A stretch of DNA of 12,354 nucleotides from Candidatus Micrarchaeota archaeon (GTDB lineage Archaea > B1Sed10-29): positions 1-12,354 of the forward strand of contig CAYLXZ010000021.1 of the NCBI GenBank assembly GCA_964388265.1, read 5' to 3'. The notes under the pieces are model-generated. The model saw only the letters and a program-made list of their open reading frames with translations. It did no database searches and had not been told where the DNA came from. Positions 6,870-12,354 of the stretch are shown here, in pieces. Both the position numbers and the translations under genes were made by a program. The first letter of the stretch is position 1. Each line of letters starts with the position of its first letter.

Positions 6870-8021
6870 ATGAATATAGCGATGGTGAACGCCTTCTTCC
6901 ACCCCTACCAAGGTGGAACAGAGAAATGCGTGCTCGAACTATCAAAAAGACTAGCAGAAAACCACGAAGTACATGTAATAACCAGTAAACTAGAAAACAC
7001 AGATAAAGAGGACACTTATAAAGGAATAAATATACATAGAATACCCAGCAAAGTCCTAGAAGATCTTCCCGACCCATTCCCACCACCATACCCAATCACA
7101 CCAGGCCTAGCTCTTCAGATGAAGAAGAAGATCAATGAAATAGATCCAGATATAATACACACCCACAACAGATTCTTCCCAGCCTGGAACTCACCACAGC
7201 TATTCAAATTCCTATTCCAAAGACCTGTATTCATGACACTTCACAACGCCAGAACAGAAGGAATAGACAAAAAAACAGATTCTCTAGGACAACTCTACGA
7301 CGAAACACTAGGTAAGATAATAATGAAGAAAGCAGATAAACTCATCGCCAACTCAAAAGACACACTCGACAAAACCGCGCCATCCGACATACCAGAACAC
7401 AAGAAAGAAGTAATATACAACGGAATAGACACCAGCAAATACAGCCCAAGCCATGAGAAAGACGTGAAGAAAGAACTAGGAGTAGATAAATACACATTAA
7501 CCGTATCAAGGCTAGTTAGACAGAAAGGACTACGGTACATGGTGAAAGCACTACAAGACATAGACCAAGAGAACTACAAACACGTAGTCATAGGACAAGG
7601 ACCAGAGAAACAGAACCTCAAAGAACAAGCAAAGAAACTAGGAGTAGAAGATAAACTACACTTCACCGGATTCGTACCAGAAGAAGACATGACCGATTAC
7701 TACACCCAGGCAGAAGCTTTCATGCTACCAAGTCTATACGAACCATTCGGAATAGTGCTAGTGGAAGCCATGTCATGCAAAACACCCGTGATAGCAACAG
7801 TAGCAGGAGGAATACCCGAAGTACTCGGAGAAACAGGCATAAACATACCAAGACGAAACCCAGATGAAATAGCCAAGAACGTGAATAAACTTCTAAACAA
7901 CCCAGAAAAAGCCGAGAAAATGGGGAAAGAAGGAATGAAAAGAGCAAAACAGAAATTCGAATGGGACAAAATAACTGAAGAAACCGAAGAAACCTATAAA
8001 CAGTTCCTGGAATCCAGGTGA
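6870..8021 (+). CDS. Glycosyltransferase family 4 (GT-B, PimA/RfaB-like)
   Basis: N-terminal F.PYQGGTE, DIIHTH, VIYNGID, RLVRQKG and the signature PSLYEPFGIVLVEAMSC.TPVIAT..GGIPE. Confidence 0.95.
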   Translation: MNIAMVNAFFHPYQGGTEKCVLELSKRLAENHEVHVITSKLENTDKEDTYKGINIHRIPSKVLEDLPDPFPPPYPITPGLALQMKKKINEIDPDIIHTHNRFFPAWNSPQLFKFLFQRPVFMTLHNARTEGIDKKTDSLGQLYDETLGKIIMKKADKLIANSKDTLDKTAPSDIPEHKKEVIYNGIDTSKYSPSHEKDVKKELGVDKYTLTVSRLVRQKGLRYMVKALQDIDQENYKHVVIGQGPEKQNLKEQAKKLGVEDKLHFTGFVPEEDMTDYYTQAEAFMLPSLYEPFGIVLVEAMSCKTPVIATVAGGIPEVLGETGINIPRRNPDEIAKNVNKLLNNPEKAEKMGKEGMKRAKQKFEWDKITEETEETYKQFLESR

Positions 8022-8028
8022 ACTTGAA

Positions 8029-8736
8029 ATGAAGATGAGTTTTATAGTACCAGCATTAAACGAAGAAGAACACATAGGAAGATGCCTGGAAACAGTGAAA
8101 GAACAAGAACACCACCACGAAACCATTGTGGTAGATGGAGGAAGCGAAGACAGGACCCGAGAGATAGCTAAAGAAAAAGGAGCAAAGATAGCGTCCGATC
8201 CAGGTAAAAACGCTTCAGTAGCCAGAAACATAGGCGCAGAAGAAGCAGAGTCACCAATATACTGCTTCATAGACTCCGACACAACCCTACCTAGCTACTG
8301 GTCAGAGCAAGTGAACAAACACTTCCAGGAACAAGAAGTAGTGGCTGTAGGAGGTCCACTAAAACCTAGGAACCCTACACTGAAAGATAAGATAATGTAC
8401 TACCTCACGACAGAGATCTCCCCTACTATAACAGCTAAGTTCAACTTCCATCAATTCCAAGGACCGAATATGTCTTTCAGAGCCACAGCCTTCCAGGAAA
8501 TAGGTGGATTCGATGAAAAGCTAGGGATAATGGAAGATAACGAGATAGCTAACAGGATAAGAAGTCGGGGGAAGGTGGTTTGGGACCGTGACCTCTATGC
8601 CTATGAGTCACCAAGAAGATTCCATAAGAAGAGCTACACTTCAGAGACAGCTGGATACCTAAAGGCCTACGTGAAGATATATCTCTCTTCATCTGAAGAA
8701 GAACTGGGTTATGAGAAGGCTTCCGACATGGATTGA
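8029..8736 (+). CDS. Glycosyltransferase family 2 (GT-A)
   Basis: SFIVPALNEE, IVVDGGS.D.T, ARN.GA, DxD motif FIDSD, GGFDE....ED and S.RRF. The SD AGGTGA at 8016-8021 includes the upstream stop. Confidence 0.93.
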   Translation: MKMSFIVPALNEEEHIGRCLETVKEQEHHHETIVVDGGSEDRTREIAKEKGAKIASDPGKNASVARNIGAEEAESPIYCFIDSDTTLPSYWSEQVNKHFQEQEVVAVGGPLKPRNPTLKDKIMYYLTTEISPTITAKFNFHQFQGPNMSFRATAFQEIGGFDEKLGIMEDNEIANRIRSRGKVVWDRDLYAYESPRRFHKKSYTSETAGYLKAYVKIYLSSSEEELGYEKASDMD

Positions 8737-8741
8737 ATTCA

Positions 8742-9824
8742 CTAGATTAATTCTCTGTATAGTTCTTCTAATTTATCCGTAGTCTTCTCAATTGAATATT
8801 CTTCAGAGGTCTTCCTAGCTGCCTTGGAGGTTTCATCGGTTTTTTCCATTTTTCTCGCTTTCTTGGCTAGTTCTTCTGTGTCTCCTGATGTGAATAGGTC
8901 TCCGTTTTCTCCTTTTTCTACCACTTCTGGTAGGGCGTATGCGTCTGCGGCTAGTACTGGTGTTCCACAGGCCATTGCCTCGGTTAGTACTAGTCCTTGT
9001 GTTTCTGTGTCGGATGCTGTGATGAATAGGTCTGCGGCTGAGTAGTACTCGGGGAGTTTTTCCTTATCCACGAATCCCTCGAAATTTATCTGGTCTGTCA
9101 CGCTTGTTTTTCTTGCCTTTTTCTTGAGTTTTTCTTCCTCTGGTCCTTTCCCAACTATTAATAGCTTGTCCTCTGAATCTAGGAATTCTTCTGATGCTTC
9201 TATTACTTGATCTATCTTCTTCTCTTGTCCTAGTCTACCTAGGTAGAGGTAGGTTTTTTCTCCTTTGGGTATGTCTTTCCCTGGTTCTGTGGGTTGGAAG
9301 AACTCTGTGTTTATCCCTGTTGGAATCACATTTTTATCTACATCTATTTCTGGTAGGTTTCCTTGAACTGCTTTGCTGGGTGTGATTATCTTGTCGTAGT
9401 ACCTGTAGTGCATTTTGTAGTATTTTTCAGTGGTTTTTATCAGGGCTCTGCGGGCTCTGCTGGATAGGTAATCCACGTATTCACGTATTAAGGTGTGGAA
9501 AGTGGTTACTTTAGGTATGTCTTGTTTCTTAGCGGCTGTTAATCCGTACCAACCGAAGTTGAATGGACTGTGTGTATGCACTATATCTAGTTCAGTGGTT
9601 TTGAAGGGTAGTGGTACTCCGAAGTCGAATTCCTGGTAGAATGGAAAGGTCATTGAGGGCATTTCATGCACGTGCATGCCTTTGTGTTTCTCTCCGTTTG
9701 AGCTTGGGGAGTAGACGTGTACTTCGTGTCCTCTGTCTGTTAGTTCTTCTCCGAATCTCTCTAGACTTGTGACTACTCCGTTTCTCTGTGGTGCGAATGT
9801 ATCTGTGAACCAACCTATCTTCAT
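8742..9824 (-). CDS. Glycosyltransferase family 4, UGDG/LafA (diacylglycerol glucosyltransferase)-like
   Basis: MKIGWFTDTF.PQ.NGVVTS, HTHSPF..G, TFHT...EY..Y, VIPTGI, GRLGQEK.ID and TETQGLVLTEAMACG. The start is reassigned from 9839 to ATG 9824, which has a GGGAGG SD and an ATGA overlap with the hef stop. Confidence 0.92.
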   Translation of the reverse strand: MKIGWFTDTFAPQRNGVVTSLERFGEELTDRGHEVHVYSPSSNGEKHKGMHVHEMPSMTFPFYQEFDFGVPLPFKTTELDIVHTHSPFNFGWYGLTAAKKQDIPKVTTFHTLIREYVDYLSSRARRALIKTTEKYYKMHYRYYDKIITPSKAVQGNLPEIDVDKNVIPTGINTEFFQPTEPGKDIPKGEKTYLYLGRLGQEKKIDQVIEASEEFLDSEDKLLIVGKGPEEEKLKKKARKTSVTDQINFEGFVDKEKLPEYYSAADLFITASDTETQGLVLTEAMACGTPVLAADAYALPEVVEKGENGDLFTSGDTEELAKKARKMEKTDETSKAARKTSEEYSIEKTTDKLEELYRELI

Positions 9825-12067
9825 TCTTCTTCCTCCCATTCCTTGGTTAATAGTTTCTTTATTTCTTTTGCTTTCTTTTCTCCTATTCCTTCTGTTCTTT
9901 TTAGTTCTTGTTCACTTGCTGTGAAGAGTTCCTCGATTGTTCCGAATTCTTGTAGTAGTTCTTTCGCTAGTTGTGGTCCGATTCCTGGTAGGGACTGTGT
10001 GACGTATAGCTGTTGCTCTGGAAGCAGAACTGGTTTCTTTTCTCCTTTTAGTCTCACTTCTTTCTTTTCTTTTATCTGTTCTCTCTTGGCTATCTGGTTT
10101 ATCAGTGCCGCGGTGTCTTCTGCGTGGTCCGTGTGAAGTATGGGTATCTGGAAGTCTATTGCGATTGAGGATATGGCTCCTCTAACTGCGTTTGGATGTA
10201 TGTTTCTTTCTCTTTCTTTTTCTCCTTCTATGATTATGATTGGTTTCTTGAAGTTCTCTTTCAGTTCTCTTGCTTGTTCGAATAACCTGTTATCTATTAT
10301 TGAAGATATGAAATCTTTATGGGTTTTTCTCTCTATCACTGTTTCTTCGCTTGCGAGGAAGTCACCTACTTTGAGTTGCTTCGTGGTTATATCAACGTTC
10401 TTATCTCTCAGTGACTTTACTACTCCTGAACCTATCTCTCTGTTATCCACGTATATCTTGGGTCTTTCTTTCTCCTCGCTGTATTTCCCCAGTGTTTTCT
10501 GTGCTTCTTTTCTATCTGGATCGTGTTTTGACAGAGGTTCTTTTCCTTCTTCTCTCCATTTCTTGAGCATCTTCTTCATCTTCTTCTCTTTGTTTTTGCT
10601 TATCCAGTAGTATGCTTCATCTCTTGTATCTTCTGTCATGAATACGAGTACTTCTCCTTTTTTTCTTCGTCCTGCTCTTCCTTTTCTTTGTATGTGTCTT
10701 ATTTCGCTGGGTATTGGCTCGTAGAATATCACTGTATCTACGCTTGGTATGTCTAGTCCTTCTTCAGCTATCTGCGTGGCCACCAGCACTTGTTCATCGT
10801 CTTCTTCGAATTTCTCCAGTATCTGTTTCTGTTGTTTCTGTGTCATTCCTTTTTCTTTCCCTTTTTTTGTCTGTCCTATGAACTTCCTTGCCTTTATATC
10901 TTCTTCCTGCAGTCTCTTCACGAGTTCCTGGACTGTGTCTCGGTATTGGCTGAATAGCAGTACCTTTTTACCCATTTGAACCTTTTCCTTGACTTTCCTT
11001 ACAGTTCTAGGTAGCTTTGGGTGTTCTTTGTCTTTTTCTTTCATCTCTCTGAGCAGTACTATTGCTCTCTGTATCTTTGGGTCCTTGACTATTCGTTTAC
11101 CTGCTTTTGTCTTGTCTTTTTTTCTTTTGAGTTTCTCCATGTAGTTCAAAGTGGGTGATACTCCTTGTGTTTCCAGTAGCTCTAGGGCGTGATGGATCTT
11201 CATTAATCCGGCTACGTGGCTTATTGCTTGGTAGGTTTCTCTGTCTTTATCTTCTGTATTAACTAATTCTTTCCTAAGCTGAAGCAAGTCCTTCTTCTTT
11301 GTCTTATTCACGTTGTAGCTTTCTATGTGTCCTGTTTCTTTTAGCTCACTGTATAGCTTGCTCATGTATTCCTGTAGCGTTTTCTTCACTTTCTCGAGTT
11401 CTTCTGGGAACTGTACCTTTATCCAGTTGAATTCCTTTTTGTGTACGTAGGGCTGGACGTCTGGATCGTCCTCTGTCTTTATTTCGATGTTGTCTATGCC
11501 TAGGTTTCGGCATACTCTTTCTATCTTGTCTTTGCTTGATCCAGGTGACGCTGTGAGACCTAGTACGAGTGGATCTTGGTTGTTTTTGTGGTATTCGTCG
11601 GATATCAGGACGTAGGCGTAGTCTTTGACTGCTCTGTGTGCTTCGTCGAATATTACTAGTGTGAATTCCTCTAGTGGTATCTTCCCGTTGAGCAGGTCGT
11701 TTCTAACTGTCTGTGGTGTCGCGGTTATGACTTGTTTGTCTTCCCATTCTCTGTATCTTTCCTCTGGCTTGATTTTACCTGTCAACGTGATGAATTTACC
11801 TTTGTTTATGTCCATGACGTCTTTAAGGGTTTTTTTGTGTTGTTCTGCGAGTGGTTTGGTGGGTGCTAGGAACAGTATTTTCTTTTCTGGGTTTTTTTCT
11901 AGTTCTCTAGCTATGGCTAGGGCTGCTACGATGGTTTTCCCTAGTGCTGTTGGTGCAACGATTAGGGAACTTCCATTTTTTTGCACGGATTCGCAGAGGT
12001 TTCTCTGGTACTCTCGGTCCTCGATTTTTCCTTTTTCGATGAATTCCCTGTTGATGTATTTCTGCAC
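9821..12067 (-). CDS. hef: Hef: FANCM/Mph1-like SF2 helicase fused to an ERCC4/XPF nuclease and HhH domain
   Basis: Q motif REYQ, Walker A APTALGKT, DEAH, TASPG, EEGLDIP and QRKGRAGR; nuclease motifs VDNRE, GDF and ERKT..DF; HhH LPGIGP / GIGEKKA. GTG start with upstream GAGGGGT. Confidence 0.96.
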   Translation of the reverse strand: MQKYINREFIEKGKIEDREYQRNLCESVQKNGSSLIVAPTALGKTIVAALAIARELEKNPEKKILFLAPTKPLAEQHKKTLKDVMDINKGKFITLTGKIKPEERYREWEDKQVITATPQTVRNDLLNGKIPLEEFTLVIFDEAHRAVKDYAYVLISDEYHKNNQDPLVLGLTASPGSSKDKIERVCRNLGIDNIEIKTEDDPDVQPYVHKKEFNWIKVQFPEELEKVKKTLQEYMSKLYSELKETGHIESYNVNKTKKKDLLQLRKELVNTEDKDRETYQAISHVAGLMKIHHALELLETQGVSPTLNYMEKLKRKKDKTKAGKRIVKDPKIQRAIVLLREMKEKDKEHPKLPRTVRKVKEKVQMGKKVLLFSQYRDTVQELVKRLQEEDIKARKFIGQTKKGKEKGMTQKQQKQILEKFEEDDEQVLVATQIAEEGLDIPSVDTVIFYEPIPSEIRHIQRKGRAGRRKKGEVLVFMTEDTRDEAYYWISKNKEKKMKKMLKKWREEGKEPLSKHDPDRKEAQKTLGKYSEEKERPKIYVDNREIGSGVVKSLRDKNVDITTKQLKVGDFLASEETVIERKTHKDFISSIIDNRLFEQARELKENFKKPIIIIEGEKERERNIHPNAVRGAISSIAIDFQIPILHTDHAEDTAALINQIAKREQIKEKKEVRLKGEKKPVLLPEQQLYVTQSLPGIGPQLAKELLQEFGTIEELFTASEQELKRTEGIGEKKAKEIKKLLTKEWEEEE

Positions 12068-12097
12068 GTGCTCTACCCCTCTTAGATGGTGTTTTAA

Positions 12098-12114
12098 CCG
12101 TTAAGTATTTATAG
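12098..12114. promoter_or_regulatory. TATA-containing divergent promoter region between hef and the histone gene
   Basis: The + strand has TTTATA at 12108-12113, 38 nt before the histone ATG. The - strand reads TATAAATACTTAA over the same bases. SD GGGGTGA is at 12138-12144. Confidence 0.55.
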
Positions 12115-12151
12115 GAGTTTAACTCTATTAAGTTTAAGGGGTGAATTAATA

Positions 12152-12354
12152 ATGGCTGAATTACCACTTGCACCTGTAGATAGAATAATTAGAAAAGCAG
12201 GAGCAGAAAGAGTATCTGAAGATGCAACAGAGCAACTAGCAGATATTCTAGAAGATGTTGGAACAGAAGTATCCACACAAGCAATGAGAATGGCAAGACA
12301 CGCAGGCAGAAAAACAGTAACATCAGGCGACATCAAACTAGCATCAAGACAACT
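12152..12354 (+). CDS. Archaeal histone (HMfA/HMfB family), truncated by the window end
   Basis: Manual translation gives MAELPLAPVDRIIRKAGAERVSEDATEQLADILEDVGTEVSTQAMRMARHAGRKTVTSGDIKLASRQ, with ELP.AP, AGAERVS and HAGRKTV...D histone-fold motifs and a strong SD. It is absent from the ORF track because there is no stop in the window. Confidence 0.97.
   Translation, partial: MAELPLAPVDRIIRKAGAERVSEDATEQLADILEDVGTEVSTQAMRMARHAGRKTVTSGDIKLASRQ

Noticed and set aside
9825..9839. ORF-track start of the GT4 at 9839 (MGGRR extension)
   Set aside because: The family N-terminus is MKIGWFTD. The extension is the SD region inside the end of hef, so 9824 is preferred.
12109..12336. 75-aa - strand ORF, and the 88-aa ORF at 11907-12173
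   Set aside because: These are the antisense shadow of the histone gene and an off-frame overlap of hef and its promoter. Neither has motifs, and the + strand histone is unambiguous.

Overview
Gene-dense archaeal chromosomal window, identified by an HMf-type histone, a Hef helicase-nuclease, GGTGA Shine-Dalgarno motifs and TATA boxes. The gene set fits Euryarchaeota/DPANN; finer taxonomy cannot be assigned from the sequence alone. Left to right: 3' end of an unknown gene (+); an unknown 83-aa protein and Hsp20 (-); a secreted GLUG-repeat surface glycoprotein with two ~103-aa Ig/Fn3-like repeats and a PEF-CTERM-like tail (+); an htpX - flavodoxin - COG2403 P-loop enzyme operon (-); a flippase-like membrane protein, GT4 and GT2 (+) converging on a UGDG/LafA-like GT4 that overlaps the end of hef (-); and a divergent histone gene, truncated at the window edge and missed by the ORF track (+). 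The best leads are: (1) the COG2403 protein is probably arginine synthetase ArcE rather than CpgS; (2) the flippase/glycosyltransferase cluster may be an archaeal glycolipid module; (3) the sorting tail is atypically acidic on a compositionally mosaic surface-protein gene; (4) an in-frame UGA separates an 11-codon uORF from the gene upstream of hsp20. No RNA genes, CRISPR arrays or mobile elements were seen.
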